A stretch of 64,000 nucleotides of DNA from the NCBI GenBank assembly GCA_963818475.1, contig CAWFSF010000002.1:736001-800000 (forward strand), in the 5' to 3' direction. Every line of letters begins with the position of its first letter. The first letter of the stretch is position 1. Below, in pieces: positions 29,991 to 42,110 of this stretch. The stretch comes from Nitrospirota bacterium (GTDB lineage: Bacteria > Nitrospirota > UBA9217). The translations under genes were made by a program, and so were the position numbers. The notes under the pieces were generated by a model. It was given only the letters and a program-made list of their open reading frames with translations, did not search any database and was not told where the DNA came from.

Positions 29991-31297
29991 ATGCTGAACA
30001 TCCTCATCATATCCGATGAAGCGAAGACCATCGCTTCCCTGTTCAAGGCGGCGGGGTTCAGTTCCGACACCCGGAACCCGTCAAAGCCGAACAGCGTTTC
30101 TGAATCAGCTCCGCCCAGGGCGGAAGGCTACGATATCGCCTTTCTGGACCTCGACACCGAGGACTGGCAGCAGCGGCTGCTCGACGTGCGTCACAGCATG
30201 CCGGTCATCGCTTTTTCTCTTCCTGACCTGAAGAAGGCCGTAGAGGCCATGAAGCTCGGCGCCAGCGATTATCTGGAAAAGCCGCTGACCGGCGAGGTCC
30301 TGAGCCAGGCCATCGAGACGGCACAAGAAGCGGATCCTGACCCACAAGTACGGATTCGACGAGATCATCGGGATGAGCAGGCCCATGCAGGATGTCTTCG
30401 GCCTGATCAAAAAAGCCGCGGCCAGCGAGAGCAACGTGCTGATCACCGGCGAGAGCGGCACGGGCAAGGAGCTGATCGCCCGGGCGATCCACCGGTGGAG
30501 CCCGCGCAGCGAGAAGTCCTTCATGACCATCAACTGCAGCGCCATCCCGGACACGCTGCTCGAATCGGAGCTCTTCGGCTTCGAAAAGGGCGCTTTTACC
30601 GGCGCACAGTACCTGAAGAAGGGCCTCCTCGAGCAGGCTGACGGCGGCACGGTCTTCTTCGACGAGATCGGCGATGTGTCGCCGCTGTTCCAGACCAAGG
30701 TCCTGCGGGTGCTGCAGGAAGGCGAGATCATGCGCATCGGCGGGATGCGGCAGATCAAGGTGGACGTGCGCTATATTGTCGCCACCAACGTCGACCTCAA
30801 GACAGCGTGCCAGCGCGGCGCCTTCCGGGAAGACCTCTTCTACCGCTTGAACGTGATCAACATCCATCTGCCGCCGCTCCGGGACCGGATGGAGGATGTG
30901 CCGCTGCTGGCAAAGCATCTGATCCAGGAGCATGCGGTCAAGCGGAAGGACATCATGATCAAGTGCATCAGCGGCGATGCCCTGAATATCCTCATGAACC
31001 ACTCCTATGCCGGCAATGTGCGGGAACTGGAAAACATCATCGAACGGGCCATATCCTTTGCAAACACCTCGGACATCCTGCCGGCAGACCTTCCCCCTTA
31101 TCTCCTGCAGGCAACGCCTGCCAAACCCCGGCCCGCGGCCCAGCGGCTTCGCGACGCCATCGACACGGCCGAACGGGAAACGATCGCTGCCGCTCTTCTC
31201 GAATCACAGGGCAACATTTCCCGCGCAGCAACCAGCCCTCGGCATTTATCGCCAGCAACTCCAGCGCAAGATCAAGCAGTATAAAATAGCAACATAA
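29991..31297 (+). pseudogene. Sigma54-dependent response regulator, frameshifted
   Basis: REC in one frame; [34 protein letters not shown] in another; HTH split. Confidence 0.85.
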
Positions 31298-31435
31298 CAG
31301 ATCACAACGCAACATATTACTGCACCTAATACCTGCCTAAGCAGCAGCTTTTTCGTCAATCTAAGCGCAACATTAAATTGCCCCACAATTAATCAACAAG
31401 CTAAAAACATCGTTAATTTCAATAGCGTTGTATTA

Positions 31436-31451
31436 TGGCACGCCTCTTGTA
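31436..31451 (+). promoter_or_regulatory. Sigma54 promoter
   Basis: TGGCACGCCTCTTGTA upstream of ORF 31485. Confidence 0.7.
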
Positions 31452-31484
31452 ATACATATGTGCAAAACATAACGGAGGCTACCA

Positions 31485-31745
31485 ATGAAAAAACTCATGA
31501 AGAAGCTTGAAGACATCATGGTAGCAATCACGTTTGCAGAGGCAGGAGAGTTTGACGAGGCGAACAGGATCGCGGGCAACGAGACTGATCCAGGAAGAAA
31601 AGACAGCAACTCCTGCACCTGCGACCGGAAGATAGCAGGCGGCAGCAGGAACAGATCTTCGTTCTGCAACTTGCCGGGCAGGCTGGCGCTTCGGGCCCCT
31701 GAAAAGGGAACCCGGAATTTTTTTGACCAATTAAAAACATTATAA
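31485..31745 (+). CDS. Small hypothetical protein (C-terminal frame unreliable)
   Basis: GGAGG RBS; LEDIMVAITFAEAGE N-terminus. Confidence 0.55.
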   Translation: MKKLMKKLEDIMVAITFAEAGEFDEANRIAGNETDPGRKDSNSCTCDRKIAGGSRNRSSFCNLPGRLALRAPEKGTRNFFDQLKTL

Positions 31746-31765
31746 CAATCTGACGAGATGACCTT

Positions 31766-32521
31766 ATGTTGACAGAAAAAACGGTTGACCGGGAGAGCCA
31801 GCAAAAACTGTACGTCCAGATGTTCTCCATTATCAAGGAGAAGATCGAGACAGCGGGAATGGCCGGTGGGTTCGCAGATCCCGACCGAGGATGAGCTCTG
31901 CAGGACCTACGATGTGAGCAAGGCGACGGTCCGAATGGCCATGGCCGATCTGGTGCGGAGCGGTTATCTCAAGAAACAGCAGGGCAAGGGCACGTTCGTG
32001 ATGCACGCAATGCCGGACCTGGGCATGACCATGAAGACGAAATTGACCGAAGACATGTTCGGGGAGGGGGTGAACGCGAGCAAGGAGCTTCTCGTAAAGG
32101 GGATGAAGGTGCCGCCGGAGGACGTGAAAGCGGTACTCGGCAAGGACACGAGCAGACGACATCTACTATATCCTCTGCAAGCGGGTCGTGAACGGCGAAC
32201 CGGCATACCTCGAGGAATCGTTATGTCCGCTCGATCGCGTGCTCCCCGAGATCGAGGAGGAGGATGTCTGCTCAGACCCCTTCTATGAACTGATCCAGGA
32301 AAAAGGCGGTTAAAGAAGATCTTCAAGGTCGTCCAGACGATCGAGGTCTCCGAAATGAGCGACGACGCCGCATCGCTGCTCAAGACGCCAGAAGGCACGC
32401 CGGCGCTGCTGCTGCACCGGCTCCTGATCGGGGCCGACTGGCAGCCCATCGCCTATACGCGGCTTATGGGAAGCGGCAAGAAGTACAAGATCAGACGGAG
32501 TTCGAACGACTGATCAAATAA
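31766..32521 (+). pseudogene. GntR/UTRA transcriptional regulator, frameshifted
   Basis: IPTEDELCRTYDVSKATVRMA..QGKGTFV. Confidence 0.8.
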
Positions 32522-32556
32522 CGAAAGTACCATATACAATACAAGGAGGGTATTGC

Positions 32557-33820
32557 ATGAGACATATGCACGAAGGATGTACGAATTTTTGAAAGCTGTC
32601 GTCGATCGCGCACGCACAATGGGACTACGAGGTCTCCATGAGCATCATCAAGAACCGGAAGAAGATGCTGGATCCTGCTCGCTGCTGCTGCTGCCGATCG
32701 TGGCGGTATCGTTGGCCGAGGCGGGCGAGCATGATCGGCAGCAAGACCGCCTACGCGCCGGCCTTCTATTCGACCAACATCTTCCTGGTCTCCATCGCCA
32801 TCGGCCTGGCGGCCGGGCTCATCACCGGCTGCATCGGCGCGGGCGGCGGCTTCATCATCACCCCGGCGCTCATGGCGGCGGGCGTCAAGGGCATCCTGGC
32901 CGTCGGCACCGACGTGTTCCACATCTTCGCCAAGGCCATCATGGGCACGACGGTGCACAAGAAGCTCGGCAACGTGTCCGCGAAGCTGGCCGTCGCGTTC
33001 CTGGTCGGCTCCGGCGGCGGCACCTTCATCGGCGGCTCCATCAACAAGTCGCTCTACGACAAGGACCCGCTCCTGTCCGAGGCCTTCATCAGCCTGGTCT
33101 ATGCCGTCCTGCTCGGCTTCCTCGGCTTCTACGCCATGGTCGGACTTCCTGGAAGTCGCGCAATGCAACGGACGCGGCGACGCCCACGGCGGCTCCTCGG
33201 GCATGACCGACCTTTGCGCTGAAAGCTCCAGAACATGAAGATCCCGCCCATGATCACCTTCGACGAGGACTATGTCGCCCGGCGGCAAGAAGATCTCCGG
33301 CGTGTTCGTCGCCATGGGCGGCGTGATCGTCGGCATCCTGGCCGCCATCATGGGCGTGGGCGGCGGCTTCGTCACCTTCCCCATGTTCGTGTACGTCTTC
33401 GGCGTGTCCTCGCATGACCACCGTCGGCACCGACATCCTGCAGATCATCTTCACCGCCGGCCTGGCCTCCATCGCCCAGTACGCCATCTACGGCTACGTG
33501 TTCTACACCCTGGCCATGGGCATGCTGCTCGGCTCGCTGATCGGCATCCAGGTCGGCGCGCTGACCACCAAGGTGGTGAAGGGCATCCACATCCGCGGCT
33601 TCTACGCCGTCTCCATCATCGCCGGCTTCATCAACCGCGCCTCCACGCTGCCCAAGAAGATGGTGGAGCTCGAGATGATCAACATGTCCAAGCCCACGCG
33701 TCAACGACCATCGAGATCCGTCGGCAACGTCATCTTCTGGATCGTGGTCGCCGTCTTCGGGTTCTGGATCATCAGCAAGTTCTTCGCGAACATCAAAACA
33801 CTCAGGCGAGGAGGCATAGC
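32557..33820 (+). pseudogene. TauE/SafE-family membrane protein, frameshifted
   Basis: ITGCIGAGGGFIITPALM, AVGTD, IMGVGGGF, TVGTDILQIIFTAG across frames. Confidence 0.85.
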
Positions 33821-33821
33821 C

Positions 33822-34552
33822 ATGATCGCAAAGAAATAAATACAACATTTTTCAATCGGAGCACTCCTCGCATTGGCGTTTCCTCGGCATGCTGCGCTTG
33901 ATCTTCTCGCCGGTCTTCGGCGAAGGGAAAGAACGGGCTCGTAGTACGCCGACGACATGTTCAACAAGCTCTCCAAGGGGTCGTCCTACTTCATCCCCAA
34001 GGTGGCGAAGAGCAATGAACAGTTCAACGACCACAGACCATTGCCATGACCGTGAAGCTCGAGACAAGCCGCGAGCGAGAACGACCTGACGATCGAAACT
34101 TCTGGCCAGCCGCAGGCGCCGACGCCAGAACAGCCAGCCCCGAGCTGCAGATCAAGGGCGAACCTGGGCGGTGCTCATGTCCAAGGTCCTGCAGGACGCC
34201 GACGATATGTACAAGAACGACGGCGACGAAGCTCGTCGACCGCTACGGCGTCGACGAAAAGGAGGCCATGGCCTCCTGGTGGAATGTTCTGACGGTCATG
34301 GACAAGGAGCTGAAGAAGCAGGGCAAGATCGACGAGGCGAAGATCGTCTCCGACGTGATGAAGAAGGCCGTCGAGCCGGCCTACAACTACTACAAGATCG
34401 ATGCGCAGAAGGTCACCGACAAGGCCGTCATCATGACCGGGCTGCTCGTCTTCTACGTGGTCTACACGATGTGGTGGGGTTTTGCCATCTTCTACATGTT
34501 CGACGGCATCGGCCTCACCATGAAGAAAGCCAAAGTGAAAAAAGAGGTCTAG
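33822..34552 (+). pseudogene. TauE-associated membrane protein, frameshifted
   Basis: LIFSPVF, KAVEPAYNYY, FYVVYTMWWGFAI. Confidence 0.65.
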
Positions 34553-34560
34553 GGGGCGAC

Positions 34561-35004
34561 ATGAAAGTATTGGTACCGGTTGACGGGTCCAAACACTCAT
34601 CAGAAGGCATCAGGGTGGCGTCGCATTACGCAACGACAAAAAATGCGCAATTGCACCTCATCACGGTCATTCCGTCGGTGGCGGACATCGACCTTGAACT
34701 TTCCGCATCAGACCGCGACCGGCTGCTCGAAAGCATGAAGAGCCGGGGCGAGGATCTTCTGGCAAAGGCGAAGGAGCAGATGAGGTCCCTGGGCGTAAGC
34801 AACGTCAGCACGGTCCTGGCGACGGCGCCCTCGCCCGCGCAGGAGATCGTATCCTATGCAGAAAAGGAAAAGATCGATCTCATCGTGATCGGGGGCAGGG
34901 GGCGAAGCGCGAACCAGCGCTTCCATCTCGGGAGCGTGGCGGAGAATGTGGTGCGCCACAGCCCAACCTGCGTGTACGTGGTCCGGGAGCCGGCCTGGAT
35001 ATAA
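34561..35004 (+). CDS. Universal stress protein
   Basis: KVLVPVDGS, LIVIGGRG, LGSVAENVVRHSP. Confidence 0.92.
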   Translation: MKVLVPVDGSKHSSEGIRVASHYATTKNAQLHLITVIPSVADIDLELSASDRDRLLESMKSRGEDLLAKAKEQMRSLGVSNVSTVLATAPSPAQEIVSYAEKEKIDLIVIGGRGRSANQRFHLGSVAENVVRHSPTCVYVVREPAWI

Positions 35005-35016
35005 GGAGCTCCGCTA

Positions 35017-35057
35017 CACAGGGGTTCGGTGGAAACATCGAACCCCTGTTTCTTTTT
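35017..35057 (+). terminator. Intrinsic terminator
   Basis: ACAGGGGTTCG...CGAACCCCTGT plus T tract. Confidence 0.8.
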
Positions 35058-35085
35058 ACCACCGCTTACGCTATAATGGCGCTCT

Positions 35086-36756
35086 ATGAAGATACGGGAC
35101 AAACTCTTCCTCGGTTTCGGACTCTACATCCTCCTTGCGGTCGTTCTCGGTTTTTTCGCCTATAAAGAGCTCCGCACGATCTCCACGAGGCTGGTCCTGG
35201 TCGAGACGGCGGACGACATCACCAATACCATCCTCGAAGTGCGCCGCTACGAAAAGAACTTCCTCCTGTTCAAGGACAGCGCAAGCTTCGAGGAACTGAA
35301 ACAGTATCTCGGCGATCCTTAATGACCAGCATCGCGGACATCCAGTCGGAGATCGTTCTCGAGATCGGCAACGACAACTACGGATGATGCAATCGGACAT
35401 CACCGAGTACGAGCGGCTGATCACGGCCATCGCCGGAAACTTTACGGCGCAGGAAGAGCTGGAGGTCCTGGTCCGGAAGCCGGGCCGTGAGACGGAGCGG
35501 CAGTCACTGGCGCGGAGCTGCAGTCGCTTCTGGTGCTCCGGCGGTACGAGAAGAACGTCATGCTCTACAAGAACAGGCAGGCCTACGACGTGTTCAGGCG
35601 GACCTACGATGCTTCACGGCTCAGTTCCCACCCCGAGGTCCGGCACTATCAGGACATCGTGACCAGGCTCTACAGTCTCTACGAGGCGGAAAAGCAGTCA
35701 CTGGACAGGATGCGGCTCGTCGCGCGGGAGATCCAGGCCTTTACCCAGAACCTCTCGAAGAAGGAGCGGTCTGGACATCGCGACCACGATCAAGATGTCC
35801 ATCAATCTGCAGGTCCTGGCGCTCGCGCTGGTCGTCGGTGCTCGGGACGTTCATCAACATCAAGCTGGCCACGAGCATTGCCACGCCGATCCGGAACCTG
35901 CAACGGATCACCAAAAAGATCAGCCGCGGCGATTTTTCCGAGACCATCGAGGTCAAGGGCAGGGACGAGATCGCGCTTCGCTCGAGACTCCTTCAACCAG
36001 ATGGAGGACAAGCTCAAGCCACGCCATGACCGTCGCTGGAGGAGATCATCGAGAAGCTCCGGGAGAAGCAGGACCAGCTCGTGGAGGCGGAGAAGCTGGC
36101 GCCTGGTCGGCAAGCTTGCCGCGGGCATCGCGCACGAGATCAACAATCCGCTCACGTCGGTGCTCACCTTCTCGAACCTCATGCTGGAGCAGTGCCCGCC
36201 CGGCGATCCCCGCCACGAAAAGCTGAAGCTCATGGCGCGGGAGACGAACCGGGCGCGGACCATCGTGCGGCAGCTGCTCAACTTCGGGCGCGAGACCGTG
36301 ATCAAGCCGGAGAAGATCAATATCAACCAGCCGGTCTCGGAGATCGCCGACTCGCTCGTCGCGCAGGACGCGTTCAAGGGCATCGGGCTCGAGCATGAAG
36401 CTCGGCGACGACCTTCCCGCAGGTCAATGCAGACCCCGCCCAGATCGGCCAGGTGGTCATGAACCTGCTGCTGAACGCCATCCATGCCATCACGCCGCCG
36501 GGCAGGATCGAGGTTGCCACGCGACGGACCGGAAAAAACGTCGAGATCGTGTTCACGCGACACCGGCGCGGGCATCCCCGAGGAGAACATCCACAAGATC
36601 TTCGACCCCTTCTTCACGACCAAGGACGCGACCAAAGGGACCGGGCTTGGGCTGGCGGTAAGCTATGGTATCATCAAGAAGCACGGCGGCGACATCGAGG
36701 TCGCCAGCACCGTGGGCAAAGGAACGACGTTTACGGTGAGGCTGCCGATCGGATGA
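35086..36756 (+). pseudogene. HAMP sensor histidine kinase, frameshifted
   Basis: AHEINNPL H-box, [26 protein letters not shown]. Confidence 0.88.
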
Positions 36757-38160
36757 AGAGCGGGGATAAGTTCAAGAGCGGTTGTCGTTGACGACGAAGC
36801 CGAGCGTGTGCGAGGCGGTGAAGGCCATCCTCGAGCTCGAAGGGATCGACGTGACCACCTTCACGGACAGCGTGGCTGCTGCCGAGGACATCAAGAAGAA
36901 CGCCTACGACCTCATCATCTCGGACCTGAAGATGCCGAAGATGACCGGGCTCGAGCTGTACGACGCTGTCAAGGACGCGGCGTCGGAGAGCATCTTCATC
37001 ATCATCACCGCCTTCGGCACCATCCCGTCGGCCGTGGATGCGGTCAAAAAGGGCATCTACGACTATATTCCCAAGCCCTTCACGCCGGACGAGGTCCGGG
37101 CTGCCGCTCCGGCGGGCGCTGGAAAAACGAAGGCTCGAACAGGAGAACATCGTGCTCCGGTCGCAGGTCGAGACCCGCTATTCCTTCCAGAGCATCATCG
37201 GCAACAGCCCCGAGATCCGCGAGACCTTCCGGGTCATGCGCCATGCCGCATCGAGCGAGTGCAACGTGCTGGTCACCGGCGAGAGCGGCACGGGCAAGGA
37301 GCTGGTCGCCCGGGCCATCCATTCGAACAGCGTGCGGGTGCGCAGGAAGTTCGTGACCGTGAACTGCGGCGCCATCCCCGACGGGCTGATCGAGTCGGAG
37401 CTGTTCGGCCATGTGAAGGGCTCCTTCACCGGCGCCATCGCGGACAAGAAGGGGCTGGTGGAGGAGGCGGACAAGGGGACGCTGTTCCTGGACGAGATCG
37501 GCGAGCTGTCCGCCGCCGCTCGCAGGTCAAGCTCCTGCGCGTGCTGCAGGAAGGGGAGTTCACGCGCATCGGCGACACCCAGACGCGGAAGGTGAACGTG
37601 CGCGTCGTGGCGGCCACGAACAAGGACCTGAAGAAGGCGATCGCCGACAAAACTGTTCCGGGAGGACCTCTACTACCGCTTGAACGTGATCCCCATCGAG
37701 CTGCCGCCGCTCCGGAGACGGCAGGAGGACATCCCGCTGCTCGTGAACCACTTCATCGAAAAGCACAAGACCAAGGCGGCGGAAAAGAACATCACCGGCA
37801 TCGCCAAAGACGCCATGCAGGCGCTCCTGAGCTACCACTTCCCGGGCAACGTGCGCGAGCTCGAGAACTCCATCGAGTACGCCATCGCCTTTACCGCCGG
37901 GCCGGAGATCGAGAAGGACGACCTGCCCAAGTATCATCCTGGAGGACCAGAAGCTGGACCAGGAGGCGCAGAAGATACCGATCATGCCGCTCAAGGACGC
38001 CAAGGGCCAGTTCGAAAAGAGCCTCATCATCGCCGCGCTCGTCGAGTCAGGCGGAAATATCTCCGAGGCCGCGCGGCTCCTGAACGTCCATCGCCAGAAC
38101 CTGCAGCAGAAGATCCGGCTGCTCGGCATCGACCTTGCGTCGATCTCGCCGGTGCGGTAA
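36753..38160 (+). pseudogene. NtrC-type sigma54 response regulator, frameshifted
   Basis: DLKMP REC; [30 protein letters not shown]. Confidence 0.88.
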
Positions 38161-38194
38161 CTTCCTCAGCAACAAAAAAGTACTGAGCGTAAAG

Positions 38195-38587
38195 ATGAAA
38201 ACGATAACTGAGCTGTGCGACAAGGTGCGTGAAACATCGTACGCGATACACGTCTATCATGGACAGGGCCACCTGGAAAAAGTGTATGAAAATGCGCTTG
38301 CACATAGACTGCGGAAATACGGTGTCGAAGTAAAGCAACAACATCCTCTGACGGTTTACGATGAAGACGGGGCCGTTCTTGGCGAATATTTTGCCGACCT
38401 CCTGGTTGGAGAACAACTGATAGTCGAGCTGAAAGCATGCCGAGCGCTTGCGACCGAACATACAGCGCAGCTCCTGGGTTATCTAAAGTCAGCGCGCATC
38501 GAGCATGGGTTGCTGATCAACTTTGGAAGTTATAAGTTTGAAATCAAGAAATACGCACTGAGTCGGAACAGGCGAGAAGACCTGTAG
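38195..38587 (+). CDS. GxxExxY protein
   Basis: GHLEKVYENAL, ADLLV..IVELKA, AQLLGYLK, GLLINFG. Confidence 0.93.
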   Translation: MKTITELCDKVRETSYAIHVYHGQGHLEKVYENALAHRLRKYGVEVKQQHPLTVYDEDGAVLGEYFADLLVGEQLIVELKACRALATEHTAQLLGYLKSARIEHGLLINFGSYKFEIKKYALSRNRREDL

Positions 38588-38810
38588 CCGCAAAGGAACG
38601 CAGAGAACACAAAGAAAGGCAGGGTCTGGACAAAACTCTTTTGCGCTCTTTGTGTTCTTTCGCGGCAAAAAAGATTCGGAAGTTCAAGAAGTACGCACTG
38701 CGTCGGAACAGGCGAGAAGACCTGTGGCCGCAAAGGAACGCAGAGAACACAAAGAAGGACAGGATCTGGACCTAAATTCTTTGCGCTCTTTGCGTTCCTT
38801 CGCGGCAAAA
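38544..38810 (+). repeat. Tandem 140-bp duplication of the GxxExxY 3' end plus palindrome
   Basis: 38544-38670 resembles 38684-38810; each holds GCCGCAAAGGAACGCAGAG...TCTTTG(T/C)GTTC(T/C)TTCGCGGC. Confidence 0.9.
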
Positions 38811-38944
38811 TGATTTGGACACGGAAGCTTTTTTCACCAGCCACCCCCGGTACATCCCTACCAACACAACCATCTTGCAATAATTCTTTCCTTGAGGTAC
38901 TTTGTTCAGGCGACCATTTCCTGACTGCGAGGTTCCCTGCTCCG

Positions 38945-39766
38945 ATGACCAGACTGAAAACACCCCTGGAGGTCTATAAGCTGCTGCCGAAGTCCAATTG
39001 CGGGCAATGCGGGATCGCGACCTGCATGGCCTTTGCCGCGGCGGTCATCAAGCAGGAGAAGCGGCTTGCCGACTGCCCGCACCTGGATGCGGATGTTCTC
39101 AGCCGGTATGACGGGAATATCGAGCTTCAGGTGAACATCGAGAAGATCCAGGAAAAAACATTCAGGGACCTGCAGGAGCAGATCAAGGCGATCGATATTG
39201 CTGCGCGTGCTGAACGCCTGGGAGCGCGGAGCACGGGCAGCACCATCGTGGTCACCTGCCTAGGCAGGGACTTCGAGGTCGATGCGCAGGGCCGGGTCCT
39301 GTCATCCTGCCACAGCCATGCCTGGTTCTCCATTCCGCTCCTTACCTATGTTCTGTACGGCAAGGGGGCGCCTATTTCCGGAAGATGGGTGCCGTTGCGG
39401 GAGCTGGAGAACGGAAGCAGGTGGGAGCGGTTGTTCGAGCGGCGCTGCGAGGCCCCGCTGAAGCGGATCGCCGATGCCCATGCCGAGCTCTTCGAAGACC
39501 TCATCAGCATGTTCAGCGGCGTCTCTGCCCCTGATCGGTTCTCTTCGGACATCTCGGTGGTCCTCTTCCCGCTTCCGAAGGTGCCGATCCTGATCTGCTA
39601 CTGGAAGCCCGAGGAAGGCATGGGATCGAAACTGCATGTTTTCTTCGATGATTCGGCGGAGCAGAACCTGACCATGGATTCGCTTTTCACGCTCGGGACC
39701 GGGCTTGTCCGCATGCTTGAAAAGATCATGCAGAAGCATACGAACGGCAAAAACGAACTGTCCTAG
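38945..39766 (+). CDS. FeS-domain plus DUF3786 protein
   Basis: LPKSNCGQCGIATCMAFA..CP; PLPKVP..YW. Confidence 0.82.
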   Translation: MTRLKTPLEVYKLLPKSNCGQCGIATCMAFAAAVIKQEKRLADCPHLDADVLSRYDGNIELQVNIEKIQEKTFRDLQEQIKAIDIAARAERLGARSTGSTIVVTCLGRDFEVDAQGRVLSSCHSHAWFSIPLLTYVLYGKGAPISGRWVPLRELENGSRWERLFERRCEAPLKRIADAHAELFEDLISMFSGVSAPDRFSSDISVVLFPLPKVPILICYWKPEEGMGSKLHVFFDDSAEQNLTMDSLFTLGTGLVRMLEKIMQKHTNGKNELS

Positions 39767-39964
39767 AAAAGCGACCCTACAACCCGAAACACAAAGTAAT
39801 TTGACACGGATAACGTCGGATAGAGCTATGATTTTCACGGAGAGGTCAAGGTCATATCAGGTTTTATCATAATAAATCCGTAGTGATCAGTGTCAAAAGT
39901 CTTAGCACTCAGATTCGCCTCATTCAATGGTATCAAGCCGGGGTTTCCTGCGGAACTGGTGATT

Positions 39965-41305
39965 ATGCAGAGTGGATCATACATCGAAAAAGCTGCGGAG
40001 CGCATGAGGCTCCTGATGCGCGCACTGCAGAGCCGGAACTACCGTCTGTTCTTCGGCGGCCAGACCCTGTCGCTCATCGGCACCTGGATGCAGCAGGTGG
40101 CCATGAGCTGGCTGGTGTACCGCCTGACGGGTTCCGCGCTGCTTCTGGGCGTGGTGGGGTTCGCGGGCCAGGTGCCGTCATTTCTGCTCTCCCCTGTGGC
40201 AGGCGTGCTTGCCGACCGGTGGAACAAGCATCGCGTGCTGCTCTGGACGCAGTCGCTTTCAATGCTCCAGGCCGCGGTCATGACCGCGCTGGTGTTTGCC
40301 GACCTGGTGCAGGTGTGGCACATCGTCGCGCTCAGCCTTTTCCTCGGCACGGTGAACGCCTTCGACATTCCGGCGCGCCAGTCCTTCCTCATTGAAATGA
40401 TCGAGAAGCGGGAGGACCTGGGGAACGCCATCGCCCTGAACTCCTCAATGGTGAACGGCACGCGTCTCATCGGCCCGTCCCTTGCGGGCATCGTGATCGC
40501 CGCATTCGGCGAGGGCATCTGTTTTCTGCTGAACGCCGCAAGCTTTCTGGCGGTCATCGCGGCACTGGCGGCAATGCGCGTGAAGAAGAAGGCGGCGCCG
40601 GCCGTGAGAATGTCGGTGCTGCACGAGCTGCGCGAAGGCTTCGCCTATGCGTACCACTTCCCGCCGATCCGGACTATCCTTCTCCTGATGGCGCTGGTGA
40701 GTTTGATGGGCGTGCCCTACACCGTGCTGCTGCCCGTGTTCGCCCGGGACGTCCTGCACGGCGGTGCCAACACCTTCGGCTTTCTCATGGCAGCAGCAGG
40801 CCTGGGCGCGTTCGTCTGCGCCATCCTGCTTGCGTCGCGAAAGAGCGTGGTGGGCCTCAGCAGGGTCATTCCCCTTGCCGCAGGCTCGTTCGGCATCGCG
40901 GTCGCCGCTTTTTCGTTCTCGCGTTCGCTCTGGCTTTCGCTCCTGCTGCTGTTCATTGCCGGCCTCGGCATGATGGCCCAGATCGCTTCGAGCAACACCA
41001 TTTTGCAGACGATCGTGGATGACGACAAGCGCGGCCGCGTCATGAGCCTCTTTACCATGTCGTTCATGGGCGTGGCGCCCTTTGGCAGCCTGCTGGCCGG
41101 CGCGCTGGCAGGCAGGATCGGCGTCACTGCCACGATGTTCCTGGGCGGCACGATCTGCCTGGCGGGATCGCTCGTCTTTGCGCGCAGACTCCGCAGCCTG
41201 CGGGAGCACATCCTTCCCGTCTATCGGAAGAAGGGGATCATACCCGAGGTCGCCGCCGGCATCCAGACCGCAACAGAACTGGGGGTCCCGCCGGAGGAGC
41301 AGTAA
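39965..41305 (+). CDS. MFS transporter
   Basis: RNYRLFFGGQ..GTWMQ, GVLADR, RGRVMS; many TM helices. Confidence 0.92.
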   Translation: MQSGSYIEKAAERMRLLMRALQSRNYRLFFGGQTLSLIGTWMQQVAMSWLVYRLTGSALLLGVVGFAGQVPSFLLSPVAGVLADRWNKHRVLLWTQSLSMLQAAVMTALVFADLVQVWHIVALSLFLGTVNAFDIPARQSFLIEMIEKREDLGNAIALNSSMVNGTRLIGPSLAGIVIAAFGEGICFLLNAASFLAVIAALAAMRVKKKAAPAVRMSVLHELREGFAYAYHFPPIRTILLLMALVSLMGVPYTVLLPVFARDVLHGGANTFGFLMAAAGLGAFVCAILLASRKSVVGLSRVIPLAAGSFGIAVAAFSFSRSLWLSLLLLFIAGLGMMAQIASSNTILQTIVDDDKRGRVMSLFTMSFMGVAPFGSLLAGALAGRIGVTATMFLGGTICLAGSLVFARRLRSLREHILPVYRKKGIIPEVAAGIQTATELGVPPEEQ

Positions 41306-41626
41306 GGTTGGACACAGGAGACGCAGTATGTGCACACTGTGTTTGGTTCGCTGGTCGGCGGGTTTTGGTTCACGGGAGGGAGGTAAAGATCAAATAACTT
41401 TGATGGACTCGCAATAAAGTCTGATTTAACCGTGGAGACGCTGAGCCAGAAGTAGGCGCTCCCAAGCGACGCAGAGAAAAGCTTTCAAGGTGCCTTTCTC
41501 CGCGCCTCCGCGTCTCGGCGGTGAATTATTAGTTTTTACGGCTTCATCAACGTTGGACGGTCCCGGTCAACTGGGATAAAACGCAACTTCAGCGATGAGG
41601 GCCACAGAACCCGCATGCATCTGATA

Positions 41627-42076
41627 TCACTGGTAGCCGATCCCGGCGATATACTCTTCCAGCTCCTCGATCGTCGATGCCTGCTCAGAGATAATGGCAT
41701 TGACCGCATCTCCGATGCTGATAACACCCATGATCGTGTCGTTATTCAAGACCGGCAGATGACGCACACGGTTCCTGGTCATCAGCACCATGCAGTCCTG
41801 CAGGGTCTGGTCCGGTTTTACCGCAATAGGCGGTCCGCTCATGATGTCCCGCACGGTGGTCGTCTTTGACGATCTCCCTTTCAGGACCACCTTTCGCGCA
41901 TAATCACGCTCAGAGAACACGCCGAGAAGAGCTCCGGACTCGACCACCAGGAGCGCGCCCACGTTCTTCTCCTCCATAAGCTGCAGGGCATGATAGGCTG
42001 AGGCGTCGGGTCCAATGCCGTGGAAACCGTACCCTTTCACTTTCAATACCTGGCCAACCGTCATTGTCGTAGTCAT
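41627..42076 (-). CDS. CBS-domain protein
   Basis: VGALLV, GVFSERDYARKV, RHLPV, GVISIGD; AAGGAGG RBS. Confidence 0.92.
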   Translation of the reverse strand: MTTTMTVGQVLKVKGYGFHGIGPDASAYHALQLMEEKNVGALLVVESGALLGVFSERDYARKVVLKGRSSKTTTVRDIMSGPPIAVKPDQTLQDCMVLMTRNRVRHLPVLNNDTIMGVISIGDAVNAIISEQASTIEELEEYIAGIGYQ

Positions 42077-42110
42077 GCGCTGTACCTCCTTGGTCTGATT
42101 GACTTGGATG

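Noticed and set aside
29991-38160. Programmed frameshifting or phase variation
   Set aside because: Indels are numerous and not at slippery or homopolymer tracts; sequencing error is simpler
38544-38810. Possible CRISPR array
   Set aside because: Only two long units with similar internal sequence, no unique spacers, no cas genes
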